Of a stretch of DNA of 64,000 bases, positions 49,801-63,987 are shown piece after piece (position 1 is the first letter of the stretch; each line of letters starts with the position of its first letter). The notes beneath the pieces are model-generated. The model did not search any database and was not told where the DNA came from. It worked only from the letters and a program-made list of their open reading frames with translations. The translations under genes and the position numbers were made by a program. Where the stretch lies: the NCBI RefSeq assembly GCF_011386835.1, contig NC_088801.1, positions 56,916,001 through 56,980,000 of the forward strand, read 5' to 3'. Source of the stretch: Chrysemys picta bellii. Its lineage: Eukaryota.

Positions 49801-50951
49801 TCAAGGAGACAACAGAACTGCTTAACAATTTTTGGAATGAAAAGTTCTTATTGAAAAATGTTTTTTTCAAAAGCAATGTTCTCCCACAAAACATTGAGGG
49901 TGTTGTCCAAATTTTGTGTTTTTCATGAAGAATGTCATTCCTTTTTCATTTGTTAAAATCAAAAAAAGGGTTATTGATAATGGGATTGAAATGGTGATTA
50001 AAATTTTTCATTTACCAAAAAACCCCCAAAACATGTTTTCCGCAAACAAAAAATTCTGATGGACATTTTTACAATAGTTTTGAAATATATACAATTTTAA
50101 ACACCACAAAAAAATGGGGAAAACAGCTAAAGTTCTAAAACTTTAAAATGAAAGCAACTTCAAAATTTGTGAAGTTTTTCATGAAAACAGATTTTCAGTT
50201 TTCTACCAGCTTCTAGAGACAAGCACTTATTCTCTTGATTTTCTTATAACTTACTAGACCACGGTAATATCACATACAAAGACATAGTAAAATGCTTACA
50301 AACACAAGTGTCGATATACACACAAGAAGAAAAGCAATTTCTTAGACTCTCACTTGAAATTGCTCCCCAGAGAATGCTATTAAAAATCGATGCAAGCAAA
50401 AGAGTGTTAGTAAACACCTTTATGATGAAATAATTGTAAAGAATGCACTGTCACATAGGAACTTGTACCTACAGTCAAGGACAATTGCTTTACTATATTT
50501 AATGCAGTTGTGAAACATGAGTTGTCATTTTCATGTGGTTAGGCTGAGAAGATTGGTGTTGATATATTTTTTTAATTATGCCTACAAGGCTAATGGATCA
50601 GAATATACATTGACTCAGACTGCATTCCAGAACACATATTTTATAATGGAATGTTAATGCACAGAATATTCAGATATTGTTATTTTTGTGATGCAACAAA
50701 TGGCTGCTTCACATTGTGTAGGATACTATTGTTGGAGGAAAGATTAATTGACAATAGTACTCTGAAGTTATGATTTGATTAGAGTTTTTCCTGCATTTGA
50801 CTAATCCTTTTGTTACTCTACAGAAAAATATACAGCGGAGAGATTCTCCATAGCATGAACAGATTGCAGACGGGGTAATTTGTTTGAAACTGATGAAGTA
50901 GCTCAAGTCATTACCTAACAAGATACAATAATTAGCATGATTTTGTTTTGA

Positions 50952-51387
50952 AGACTGAATGGTCCAAAAAAGATGGGTATTGGGATATAAGGCCTTTTAA
51001 AATCTCACTGGATCAAATTCAGTCCAGGTGTGTATTCCCCCAAATGGTAAATATCTGATGGCTGCACTGTATCTTATATGAAATGACTTGATGTCTCAGT
51101 CCGGTTCCAACTCAGGGTATATGGGTCCATATCACCAAAAACCACCAAAACAACTTGTCTTAATTTGTAACTTTGTTGGCAGTCTCAGAGGAACCAAATA
51201 ACGAATGGGTGTGATGCCTGACTACCCGGTCACCCCTAAGAACAGTCCTTCCAGGACAGCAGTGGCACACTTGAGAAACTGCGTGAAGAAGTTTGCATAG
51301 CTGCTTCCCTTCATTCACTTGTTCTGCTGATAAAGGACTTCAGAGTCTACGGCTCTAAACCTGCCAATATCCACAAGCTCTAAATTT
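50952..51387 (+). mobile_element. LF-SINE, near full length
   Basis: Ordered matches to the recalled LF-SINE consensus: ATCTGATGGCTG, TATGAAATGA, GTCTCAGTCCGGTTCC, TCACCAAAAACCACCA, TTGTTGGCAGTCTCAG, GAATGGG, CACCCCTA, GGACTTCAG, CACAAGCTCTAAATT; degenerate B box GGATCAAATTC. Confidence 0.85.
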
Positions 51388-52230
51388 ACTGTTTTACAAT
51401 CTTCTACTCTAAGTGAGGAAAAGGGATTCAAGATAGCACTGCCATGGTTAACAAATGGAGCTGGTGGCAAAAGGAGAAAAAAAATGTTAACCTCTCTGCT
51501 CCCACCATTCACCAAAATTCCATTTTGAAGGAAATTCTCCAGCCAGCTCTTAATAAAAAATAAAAATGGATTCTCACTTCAGTTTGGCTCATTGTGGATC
51601 TGTGATTTGGTCAAGACAATGGGCCACATTTGCCCTGTTCTGGTCGGCAGTTGCACTAAGGATGGATCTGGCCCATTGTTGACTCTGAGAAGTTTTTAGC
51701 ATATTTCACCAAGCTAATAGTGAGCTAGGTTCTTGTTTCTTGAGCAGGCATTATTACCTAACCATTACCCATAAGTGTGCTGCCTGGGTTTTCTCCTCAC
51801 CTCCCTCTTTACTTCAATTCCACAGCTCTATTTGACTTGACACACTCCTTTAAAGGACTGAGATTGTCATAGAATTAGATGTAGATATTGCAAGATTACG
51901 TGCCACTAAGTTCATTTGCTGCAAGTTAGTCTCGTTATTTTGACAGTGCCTTGTCCTTTTTAACTGTTTGCCTGGGGAATAAAGAGGTGGAAAGTACAGT
52001 GGACAGTGGGATCTCTGTTATCCAATACAACAATCATTAATTTTCAAAAACTGTTGTTCCATGCTATTTGTCAGGAGGCATCATTTTCCCAGGCAACAGC
52101 CTATAGACAGAGTGTGCACACCTGAGTCTGTGAGAATGGGCTACACATATCCAACTTGGTCTTTTTTGATTGTCCCTTTTTCATCATTATATCTGAAATG
52201 AAGCTTTGTTACAGTTTAATAAGCACAATA

Positions 52231-53048
52231 GCTCATTTGGAGTACTGTGTGCAGTTCTGGTCTCCCATGTTTAAAAAGGATGAACTCAAACTGGAACGGG
52301 TACAGAGAAGGGCCACTAGGATAATCAGAGGAATGGAAAACCTGTCGTATGAAAGGAGACTCGAGGAGCTCGGTTTGTTTAGCCTAACCAAAAGAAGACT
52401 GAGGGGGGATATGATTGCTCTCTTTAAATATATCAGAGGGATAAATACCAGGGAGGGAGAGGAATTATTTCAGCTCAGTACTAATGTGGACACGAGAACG
52501 AATGGATATAAACTGGCTGTGGCGAAGTTTAGGCTTGAAATTAGACGAAGGTTTCTAACCATCAGAGGGGTGAAATATTGGAACAGCCTTCTGAGGGAAA
52601 CGGTGGGGGCGGAGGACCTGTCTGGCTTTAAGATTAAGCTAGATAAGTTTATGGAGGGAATGGTTTAATGGGATAACGTGATTTTAGTCAAATCAACAGC
52701 GTGCCATCGCTGGTAAATAGTATCAATGGCCAATGAGGGTCTGGCTGGAGAATCTTGCGTACATGCTCGGGGTTCTACTGATCGCCATATTTGGGGTTGG
52801 GAAGGAATTTTCCTCCAGGGTAGATTGGCAGAGGCCCTGGAGGTTTTTCGCCTTCCTCCGCAGCATGGGGCGGGGGTCGCTAGCTAGAGGATTCTCTGCG
52901 ACTTGAAGTCTTTAAATCTCAGAATTTGGGGACTTCAACAACAGTCAAGGGAAAGGGGTTGGGTCAGCTTTTGTGGCCTGCATCATACGGGAGGTCAGAC
53001 TAGATGATCATAATGGTCCCTTCTGACCTTAAAGTCTATGAGTCTATG
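52231..53048 (+). mobile_element. CR1 LINE 3' fragment, younger subfamily
   Basis: Uninterrupted ORF2 end (HLEYCVQFWSP...KLDKFMEGMV*, stop at 52668), a distinct 3' UTR and the terminal repeat GTCTATGAGTCTATG. Confidence 0.96.
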
Positions 53049-54047
53049 GCAGAGGCTATGGAGACAAGAACTCTGAGTCAACAGTAACAAATGGCATTAG
53101 ATTGCTAGGAGGACAATACAGTGCTAGCAGATTATGTAGAGAAATGAAATCCAAGACCAGAGAGAACACACAAAATGCAAGGGTGATACTGTTCATAGAA
53201 ACACACAGATCCTGATTTTGCAAGCTGTTCCACACGCATAGACCCCTATACCTTCAGGGCCCCATTGACCTCACAAAACCATTTGCAAAACTGGGTCCAT
53301 CATGGGTAAGTCTACACAGCCCACAGAAGCAAGCCTCTTATCCTGGGTCAAAAGACTCACATAAGTGCTCTAAAATTAGCTGTGTAGACAGCACTTGAAG
53401 TTACAACTCAGGCTGAAGCATGGGCTCTGAAGCCACTTTCAGTATTCCAATTTCCAGCCAGCCCTTTTGGTAAACAGTGAAAGAATATTGCTGGATAATA
53501 AGCATATATCAACTCTACTGGCAAAGCATTATTAATAAATGTGTATTATTTTTAATTAATAGTTTACTTATAAATGCGTATTATTAATTAGTACTATGGT
53601 TTCTCTTCCAGGAGCATAGAATTAAGATCTATGAATCAGAGGTGATGCACGGGGGGGGGGGGAGGGGGGTTAAGGAGAGTGGACATGCAGGGTCACTTCC
53701 CCCCCAGATTTGCTGCTTGGCTTGTACTGAGCATGCTCACTAACACTGCTGAAGCCCCTGCCCTCACTCTGCTCCCCCTCCCCCGATGGGTCTTCTCTGT
53801 CTAGGATTCTAATTTACAACATGAATGATGCCAGTTCATCTAGCCAGTGCTACAGACTATTCCATGCTATGAGGCCCTAGAAGAAAAGGGAGAACAAGGA
53901 GATGTTTAACAATACACACTGGAAAAGTGAAATGGTTTTAAAATTTTGAATAGTTTTTCTTCTCCCTCCAAAAAGACAGCCCTATTAAATGGCACATTTA
54001 GAGAAAGAGCCTTTTCTCCTCCACTAAAAGGCTTCAAAGCCCTTTAA

Positions 54048-54290
54048 GGTACGTCTACACTGCAGTAAAAGACCTGGCCCAAGTCACGTGACACAGGCTC
54101 AGGCTGCGGGACTAAAAATTGCAGTGTATTCATTTGGGCTTGGGCTGGAGCCCAGGCTGGAGCCCAGGCTGGCATTGAAACCACATGAGAGGGGTGGATC
54201 TCAGAATCCAGGCTTCAGCCTGAGCCCGAGTGTCTATGCTGCTATTTTTAGCCCTTCAGACAAAGCCCCACAAACCCAAATCAGTTGACC
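54048..54290. mobile_element. Harbinger-like (GTCTACACT) non-autonomous fragment; an oppositely oriented relative lies at about 53302-53432
   Basis: GGTACGTCTACACTGCAG start, internal GGGCTGGAGCCCAGGCT repeats and a second GTGTCTATGCTGC motif. Confidence 0.6.
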
Positions 54291-54993
54291 CAAGGTCTAA
54301 CCGTGGGAGTTCAGCACCTTTGAAAATTCAGGCCTCTTAGGCACCTAAATAAGGACTTTTGTCTGTCACTTGTAGAAAATCTTGGCCTAAGTACCTCAAT
54401 TTTTGAAAGCCTTGGCTTTACACTCTGGGGCTGCCAAATTCCACCTTTCATTATATGCTTCCAGCTTCTATTTTTAAAAATACAGATAAGCTTCAAAACC
54501 AACTTTTGAAAATATAAATCCCATCAGACCGGTGCTTAGAGGATTAAGATGCTATGTGCATTGTAGATAGTACATTATGCCTTTGGAATATTATTTTGAG
54601 CTGAATGCAAGTTGTGAATTTGAACATTTAGGAAAGCGACTTATCACCTTATTTACTTACGAGTGAAAGACTTCGGAAAAAACTCATTTTGAAGACCTTT
54701 GTTACAATTAACTGCCTATAATATAGCAAATCTTTATCTCAGATCTCTTTTAGTGCTTTGTCAGTTTATAGATATAGTAAGAGTTCTGCAACTGCCAGTC
54801 CCCACTTTAACCTTTTTTTTTTTTTTTTTTGCTTGTTTTTATTATATTTAGACGGCCAGCATAGCAGGGGACAGAACAACTATCTGTATAGCCCAAACAG
54901 ACAATTGGAAAACATATCATTCTAGAATGACTTCAGTCCTTTCCCACAGGTGTATTTAACTCTTAAATGTTTAATGACACCAAGGTATGCAGA

Positions 54994-55308
54994 CAGGGCC
55001 GGCTCCAGGAACCAGCCCACCAAGCTTGTGCTTGGTGCGGCTCCTGGGGTGGGGCAGCGTGGCGCTCCGGCTCTGGCCGCTGGGGAGAGCGGGGCCGCAA
55101 CTGGGCTCGCCGCAGGGGAGCGCGGAGCTCCGGCCACCAGCGGAGCTGCGGCGGGCTCTCCGCCCTCCCCCCCGGCGCTCCGGCTGGTCGGGAGGAGCGG
55201 GCCCGCGGCCGGGCTCGGCACCCTCCCCTGCCGTGCGGGGGGGGGGGGGAGGGGGCGCGGTGAGAGGCTTTTTTGCCTGGGGCGGCAAAAAAGCCAGAGC
55301 CAGCCCTG
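54994..55308. mobile_element. Non-autonomous hAT element (CAGGGCCGGC-ended), 315 bp
   Basis: TIR CAGGGCCGGCTCCAG / CCAGAGCCAGCCCTG. Perfect 8-bp TSD TATGCAGA (54986-93 and 55309-16). Confidence 0.95.
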
Positions 55309-55316
55309 TATGCAGA

Positions 55317-55450
55317 GTTGGTGTAGCTGTTTCGATCCCAGGATATTAGAGAGACAGGTGGGTGAGGTAATATCTTTTATTGGACCACCTTCTGTTGGTG
55401 AGAGAGACAAGGTTTTGGACTACAAAGAGCTTGCCAACAGGTCAGGGAAG
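55317..55450 (-). mobile_element. PLE terminal fragment, same family as 17024-17118
   Basis: GGTGGGTGAGGTAATATCTTTTATTGGACCACCTTCTGTTGGTGAGAGAGACAAG is the reverse complement of 17055-17110. Confidence 0.85.
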
Positions 55451-58400
55451 TATCTTCACTCGTAATGTGGCGTGACAATGGCTCTAGGCATTTTATTCAT
55501 TTGAATGATGCTCTGCAAAGCTCCCCTATGACAGAAGTAGTTTGCAAAAGGGAGTACTCTGATAGGATCCTTGTGCTGAGTGAATAACTGATTCTTCTGT
55601 GGCAGTTCAAGGAAAAAAAAAATCCACCCTCAAGTCAGACCAAATCTGAAATTTTTCAGACCGTTTGGTGAATTGAAAAAGTCCATTCCAAGTCTGTTCC
55701 AGAGTGGGAGTTCAAATCCTTCAGTGTATGCTTAAACCTATTGAAGTCAATGCAACTTGTGCATGTGCTTAAGTGCTTTGCTGAATTTCATCTTATACGA
55801 GGGAACTTTGTTGACAGCGTTTATAGAATCTGTAGAGACTTCCGTATTTTCGTGCTCTGCACTCATTACTGCTGGTAGTCATAACTACAGCAGTATGTAC
55901 GTATCCCCTTAATATTATTTACATGTATCCATTAGAAGACTGGCAATTTGCCAGAGTTGGAGGTGTTTGGTAGGAAGGGATCTGGAGATTCAGTAACGGA
56001 GGTCACAGTGCTAATTGCCTTGAAAGAATGTTATATTTCTTTTGGTCAAGGTAAAGTAGGTTGCAGTCATTGCCACCAACATGCTTTACATTTCATTAGT
56101 TTAAGTTTTCATCACTTTTATTTTAAAAAAGAACTTAGCACGGCTCTTATTTCTTCCATGGCATTGTATTTAGGACATAATACTGTAGATGTAAGTAGTA
56201 AGGATGCACAAATATTGAAACCTCTCTTTCCCCCCCCCCCCCCTCTCTCTCTACAAGCACTCCAAGATACTTTCCTCACCCTTGGTGTGCCACTCCTAGC
56301 CCTTTGTTCAACATTTCCTTCCAACGCACCTGGTACCTCCCCATTTCTTGAAAGATACTAGGGAAAGAAGCCATATTTTATATAGCTGTGCATTTGTACA
56401 CACACAGTTCACAACTTACACTGGCATAATCGAGACAAAAATCTGGTCTAAATAGGTGTGTGTATGTCAGCTGAGTTACTCTTGATTTGGACCATCTTAA
56501 CTGAGATCAGAATATGGCCCGTTGTATGTAAAAGAGACAACCCAGTACAAAAATCATCTCAGTGTGTATGGGCACAGAATCATCTACACTCCGTAACCTA
56601 ACGGGTGGCCTGCTGTGTGTAATTAGGGCAAGTTATCATCATGCTGTTGTGGTAAACCTGAATGGACTTTTTACAACTGTAGTGCCACAAAGTCCAGGAA
56701 TGGCATATGGAACATCAGACATCCATAAAGCCCTGCAGAGAACCAAATTACTTTTAATCCAAAGAAAAAGATTAATGTCTTGCAAGTATTCCCTTTAAGC
56801 AAGGATGTTACCCTTTTTTCCCCTAAGGGAGATGAGGGAGAAGACAGTTAAAATGAAAATAGAAAAATACAGACGTAAGAATAATATGAAGCCATAGGGC
56901 CAGATCCTCAGCCGCTCCACAAGACAAATGGAACCTGTCACAACAGGGCAGCTGGGGATTTCCCTCGAGTACCTGAATCACTGGGAGACATCAGGCAGAG
57001 TGGATGGTTCTGTATCACCCCATCTGCTCCTGCCCCTACTGTAACACAGCGGGTATTCCAGGTGCATGCCAGAGATGGGAGGGAGGCATGGTCACACCAT
57101 GCTGTGTTCTGGTCCTCTTGAGCTAGTGGATTAGCCCCCTTAAGAGCCCATTCCAGATGGAATAAGTTAGAGCAGCCCAGAATCTCTCAGACCACAGTGG
57201 GGTGCATGGGAATAACTAAGCACAGAACTTGGCCTTTTGAGTTTTCCCAGCATACCAAAGTTCAGCCCGTGGAATTACCCATCCTAAACAACTGCGTTTG
57301 GAGAACAGCAGTATCCAGCCACCCAGAGACTTTTGCAGCTTTCTCCACTGAAAAGGCAAGGTGCTGTGAGTAGGGCCCTGACTGTTCAAACACTGGCAAC
57401 GAGCTATAAAGAGTTTCAAGTTTATCAAAGCACGTTTTCATTTTCCTTTGTTTCTGCCTTCACATTTAGCCCAAGAGATGGAAAAGTGGTTTTTAAATGC
57501 TATTTATATGAAGTATAAAAGCTCAGAACCTTTTGAAGGCTGGAAAGAAAACTTCGCAAAATGTTGCTGAATGAAAAAGGATACGGTATTTGCCAACACA
57601 GACATAGCGCTAGGCACTGTAGGAAGTATATAAATGGATTGTGGGCTGTGGGTTCTCTTTTTTTCCCTTTTTCTTTTTTTTAAACTTCTCTCTCTCTCCC
57701 CCTGAAAAAAGCTCCCATTAAAAGAATGACCCTAGTTCCAAATACAAGCCCCTATTCAATAAAATGAGCATAAAACATATTTTCACATCATTTCCCTGTT
57801 TACTCTGACTCATTTTTTTCAAATAAGTTGAAGATGATAATTTTTATGGACTTTTATTACCAAGTTTCCAATACACGTGGCATCTGGCATCCTATAAAAC
57901 CTACCACTACTGCACCCCACCCATGGCTTTGTTCCAACTTTTCATGTGTTCTGCTATTATTATAATGATGTATGGTAGCACCACTAAAGTTTATGTTCTG
58001 TCAGTGTTTCCATTAATAAACCCAATTTGGATGGGTGTTCCAATGCAGGTTTATGAATCTATTGTGTGGGGAGGAGGGGGAGTGAAGTTTGTCACAAGTG
58101 TTTTCTCCCATTACTTCATGAAAATTCATTGTCTTATTTTCATTCGATTAGGAGAACGGGGTGAGGTTGGGAAATAGTCGTCTTTTGGTTTAAGATCATT
58201 TTCTTTTGTTATTCTACTTGGAGTCTCAGTGAGGTGGGGAATGGCTGGTAGAAGATGCCAACCCTACCATGGTGGCATCAGCCGTCCCCCTGTCAATTTT
58301 CAGCACACCATTTCAGATGTTGATGGCAAAGTTTATAAAAGGGCCACCTCCCCTTTTGCAGGAGCAACTGCCACCCATAAAATCTCTGCCTTAATTTTAC

Positions 58401-61400
58401 ACCCACCGTTGAATTGAAGGCATAAAGCCGAGTAATTGCACTTCTAGCTACTTTATTGTGGGAGTAAATCAGGTAGCTAGAAGTGCAAAATACACAGCTA
58501 GGTACTGGCAGTTCATTTAGGGGGAGGAAACCAATTACAAGAACAAATTTTATGGATGCAAGTTGTCCCAATAAAAGGAAGGCAAACAACTATTTTCAGC
58601 TGGTGTGAAGTTCCTGGGTATGAAGGAAACCTTCCAAAAGTGCGGACATGATGCCAAACAGTTGTCTTAATATGAAATAGTAGTTCAGAGATATCTGAGC
58701 TGCCCCCATTCATCAAAATGGGGGGTTGACACTAAGCCTAAAGATGACTGTCCGAATAGCAACAGTGTTAACATTTCACTGTTGCCCATGTTATCAATAA
58801 AATCCATCTAATCTGGGATTGTGGGTAGTTTGGCTACTTTTCCCCAATCTGACCCTTTACTCTACTTAAGAAGAAAAACAAAAAAACAAAACAAACACAA
58901 AACTTGCATATAATACATAACATTTCATATGCTGAGTCTTTGGAAGGGTAGCAGCTGTTTGTTTAAAAAAAAATTAAACAACTGAAACCAAGGTTTAAAC
59001 AACTGAAACCACATTAAAGTCTTTGGGGCAGGGACCATCATTTTGTTCTGTGTTTGTCCACCTCCGAGCTGAAGAGGATTCTAGTCTAAGACTAGGGGTC
59101 TTAGGTGAGTCTGCAATCCAAATCAGATCCCCCATCTCATTTGAGATGGGCCTGAATTACATTCTTTGGATCTAAACTACAAAATATGGCTTACGTCCAG
59201 TATCCACTGTTATTGTTATGGAACTGAATTCTTATGATGTACTCTTTTTTTAAATTAGAGGATTAGTATCTAAACTTATGACCCAACCTGCACTGTTAAA
59301 GTGGGGCCTTAACCACCGACCAATATCCTGCCATTCACCAGCTGCTGTAATTATCTCCAATTACCAAGCGTTCATAAATTTAAGAAATTCAGAGTGAAGA
59401 TTACACTAAAATGCAATCCAGGCACATTAAGGTGTGGAAATGCAGAGTTCGGCACCCAAACCACCTTAACTCTGCCCTATATTGATGCCAGGCAACAACC
59501 ATATGATTAGAATTAAGGCATTTTACTGTTTGTGATCTCACTTTAGATTAAACTGAATTTTAAGAACACATCATGGGGTGGGGTTTATTTCCATTCTGCC
59601 CCCCCCCCCACTTTCACAGTGTCACTACCAACTACAATCACGGAGTACTAGCCAGTCAGTCTGGATTCACAGCCGTTCTGCATTGTTAGAGCAGTTGAAG
59701 TGCACTGGTGAATCTGCCCCTTCATTTGCAGTTGTTGATTTACTGGTTTAGAAGTTTGTGTCAGTGAGACTGGTACTATGTAAAGTGTGTGGGGGGAGGA
59801 GGGATAAGGGGAGCTCAGTCCTTGAGTCCCAATGTCCTCTGCTTCCTGAATGCTCATGCCTCAGTTCCCCTGGCTGTGCTCTCTGTGTGGGGTAGAGTTG
59901 AGACATCAATGCAATGGGAGCCTTTAAAGTGCTGATGTCCAAAGTAGCATGCAGCTACATCACATTAATGGAGAGTGACAGCTGGGAAAAGCAATCGTAC
60001 CACAGACTTACGACAACCAATAGAATTGTTGCATGCACATTAGCTGTAGAAGACAGGTGGTAATTGGTGGAGTTCTCAGATATTACACTGGCCCAATTTT
60101 AAGAGCTACCAGAGCTGCCTGACCCAACTGTAGCCAATATCATCATCATAACAATTATATAAAACAATCATTAATACCTTAGCTTAATTACAACCTAGCT
60201 TTTTCAAATACAGCCCATGCATGGGATTTTAAGTGTCTGCTATTCCATTATTAAGATCATTTGGGACAAAAAGAGGAGCTGACAGATGTTAACTATTTTT
60301 TTCCCCAGAGGACCCAGTTTTTAATTAATTTTAACAAAACAATTAGTGCATTTACTGGTAAATTCTCAGAAAATTCTCTCTGTACTCCAAGAGTAAGTGC
60401 TGCAAGTTTGGGACAATATTCTGTCTTTCCTACATCACACTCATGTTGAAACCCTGTGTTAAGTGCAAAACAGAGCTCAGCCTCAACTATGGAGATGCAA
60501 CCAGAACCTCCATAATCTTCATGGTATCCAAAACACAGAATAAGACAGGACCCTGCCTTGAAGAATTTTCCATCCAAATGCAGAATAGACAGTGGGAAGG
60601 GAGCAGGAATAGAGCAGGTGGTAGGAAGGAATACAGAACGGATTTAAACAGAACTCCAGCTAGCTTTAAAAATTGAGTGGCCATTAGCCATATTAGAATA
60701 GTGCAACGTAGCAGGAGAACTCAAGAAAACCCGCCTGCCAAACAAGTCAGACAAACTCTTGCTGTGTTCCCCAGGCGTGGGACATTAATCTAACAGGTAC
60801 GAAACTACAGTGAATCAAACATATGTTTTTTCTTATTACCAGGCTTACAATAAAACAATATGTCATTTTCGGAGGTTGGAGTTATATCATTGCTTGCAGC
60901 TTCAGTTTCAACACCTTCTACAGCAGTGAAAGGGTAAATTAAACAACCAAATAAAATCCCAAATGCGTTTCTTCTATTTCAGTGAATACAGTGCTTCTGA
61001 CAAGTACTGAACTGACAGTACTGAAGTTTCTCTCCACAAAACATACACACAGCATGAGGGTTAGTAGAGTGCATACACCTCTAACTCTAACCATGGGACC
61101 ACTTCCAGGGTTAGATGAAAGCATTTAAGCTACCAGGCCCGTCCAATCCTTGGTCCTGTGTTCAGCCTGCCAAAAAGATGTCATGGTATGGGAGTATTTT
61201 TTACATTGAATAGACATTGTTCTTAGGGCTCTGGATTAGTACAACTAACTTTCCCCCAAAGGGCTCTTGGAAGAAGTTTTGAAGAGAGCTCTGCAATGTG
61301 GATATTTGTCCTCTTGGGAAAAAAAAAAAAAAGACGGAGGACATTACCTCATTTTAGATACATTGCTCAACTAGACAGTGCTATTTTTTTCCCCCATGAC

Positions 61401-63017
61401 CTCAGCTGGATTCTAACTGATGTCCTAACCAGGAAAAGCTTTATCACCTTTACCAATATCCTGAAGCATATCAATCCTCTCCAAAATGTTTACGGGGGAA
61501 TTTAATTTAAATACTAGAACAGTGAAGAACTTAAAGCAAAGGAGTGAGTCGGATATCATGCAGTGCAGAGTTGGATATCACCCAGAGAACAGTTACACTG
61601 GCTTTTCCACATAGCTCTGCCAGTGTAATTCCCTGCGGATCTTTAACCCCAAACTTGGGTGTCTCTTGCGCAGGCACGGCTGTTTTGTAGTTGTACTGGT
61701 TGTTTTATGCTCTCAAATGCCAGCTACTGACTAGGTGAAACGACAACACACTTTGATTTCCAAATATTAAGAGAATACAAATCTAGGAGCCAAATGCAAA
61801 GAGCCATTCTGCAAGGTGCAATTCACTGTCTCTAATAAATATGCAACTAGAGTTATGTTGTAATTTGCAGAATGGTGCCACTATGATATACCGGCTGTGT
61901 CTGTTGTGAGGTATGTTGCCATCTAATGGCTGGCCTATAGAAAGAATAAGGGACCTACTACTAGACCTGTGTGAGGGAGTTCCCCTTTAGTTCAAGTGAG
62001 AAAGCCGTGTGATTTAATGCAGAAGGACCAATGTTCTAGTCAGTTCCTCAGGTTTGCATTTAAGTGCATCTGTGATTCCCCAGAACATTATAAAAGCCAC
62101 GATGCATTAGTGCTCCAGCTCATATGCAACTACCTGAACTCAGTAATCAAAAGGCTGGCAGCACTATCCAGAGTGGAATTGTTAAAATTTTGCCTTGGGG
62201 CAGGATGAGGCCTGCCTGCTGCACTTAAGTAGCCTGCATGGTATATTCAGGTTCTGTAACGTATAAAACGTTTCTAGCTCTCAAGAATGGAATGTTCACC
62301 TTCCAAATACAAAGTAAGTTTAATCAAGGCCCTGTAGTTTTCCTGAGCCTGCAGGCAGCTTGAAACAATGGCTCTGGATTTGGTCTAATTGGCATATCAA
62401 CTGCAAAGCCTATTGGTGACACTTTACATATCAGTATTAACTATTTCACTGTTGATCATTTTATCAAATAAAATTTGAGGAGGAGCAGGAGCAAAACCAG
62501 GGGGACGGGGGGAGGGGCAGGAGGAGAAAATTGGATGTTGCTGTAGGGAAGGACCTACAGCATAAAAAAAGGAGACACAAAAACAAGGAAAAGGGAGAGA
62601 AACTGTGAAAAGAGGAGAAGGGGGCGGCAACTCAGAGAGGAAACAGCAGTGGCCCTAGAATTGAGGAGATTTTTCTGAATGTGACTTAGTAAATAACAAT
62701 GAAAATAACTCAAAGTTCTCAATAACAGTCATTTTCTTCCTTTGATTTTTTGTGTAAACCCCTCAGTGATATCAGCAGTGCGTCACTGTAGATGAAGTGT
62801 GAGTATACACGCTGGAATTTCAATCTCAGCACAGGGACCATCACAAAAAAGGGGAATTCTTCCCTCTCTATGAAATGAGATTGGCATCCCTGGCCCAAAC
62901 GGATACGTCCCAAGGCATGGCTTGGGGTTCCACTCATCCTGCACACTAGGTAGTGCTTGGTGGGAGACCAACACTACTCCTTCTGTATTGGAGGAGGAGT
63001 AGGACTATATGTGGTTA

Positions 63018-63243
63018 ACCGTGATGAATATTCATTAGGATTTCTCCCTGTAAAATAGAATGCCTTATGGAACACCTTCGATACCTGGCATTTTCCAGAG
63101 AGCAATGGAGAATGTAATATAACCAGTGCACCCAGTGTGTCATAGTGAAGATCAAGGACATCCTCATTACAAAGTGATACTGAACATCTGTTAATGCTAG
63201 AGAAAGTACTTCAAAGAATGGGGACAGCTGGACTTCACATAAA
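63018..63243 (+). mobile_element. Ancient Gypsy RT remnant
   Basis: TVMNIH*..*NRMPYGTPSIPGIFQRAMENV / VKIKDILIT / EHLLMLEKVLQRM, matching the INTH.G...RLPFG...FQR.M, DDIL.. and EH...L..VL.RL motifs. Confidence 0.75.
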
Positions 63244-63626
63244 ATGAAGCAGACTAAGTGCTTATTCATGAGACTTGAAGTGGGGCACCGATGCTGCAGG
63301 AAGGAAAGACCAGAGACTGATCCACCCTGCTGCAGACAAGGTCATTTCACAGCAACTAGAGATGAATGAGACCTATCAGGGCATTTTGGCGCCTGTTCTG
63401 CAAGCATGTGCTTAAGCTTTACCCATGGGAGTAGTTCCATTGACTTCAGTAGGGCTACCCACAGGCAAGTATATTTAATCACCTGGTCCTAAAGGGATGT
63501 AAATACTCCCTCTTCTTTCTCCTCCCTGGGGCTCTATCCTTGGTTCTCATCTCTCTTCACTTACAGCTTAGCCACGAATAAATATAGCCACTCCCCAGGT
63601 TCTGGTATAATTTCTATACTTATGGC

Positions 63627-63987
63627 TAGAGTTGAAACTGGAATTTCCATTCCGCAGGCAATTCTGAACGATTCCCATGGAACCAAAATTCAAAAAAACA
63701 AACAAAATATTGATTTGGGACCATTGAAATGATTTCTATAAAAGCTAATTATTTTATAAGGCTTTATTTCTATATTGGCAGAGCAGTAATATATATAATA
63801 AAATTAATTATTTTAATTAATTTTTTAAAAAGGTAAGAACTAAACACTGACATTATCAAAAGAAAATGAGAATTTAAACTATTTTTTCTGCCTTTGCCCC
63901 CCCGCCAAGAAAAATCTACACATTCCCATGAAACATTTCAATTTCAACAAAATAGCATTTTCTGCTGAAAATTTTTAACCAGCTCTA
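63627..63987. repeat. AT-rich TAGAGCTGG-ended non-autonomous repeat (relatives at about 16720-17170, 20130-20220, 49830-50210)
   Basis: TAGAGTTG... / ...AACCAGCTCTA ends and shared AAAATTTTCA-rich internal motifs. No TSD found. Confidence 0.5.

Noticed and set aside
54922-55465. Ala/Gly/Pro-rich ORFs of 98-171 aa
   Set aside because: They cross the TSD-bounded GC-rich MITE and the PLE fragment.
58976-59012. 16-bp near-tandem duplication TAAACAACTGAAACCA (a similar 13-bp case at about 17590-17620)
   Set aside because: Ordinary slippage or repair duplications with no further structure.
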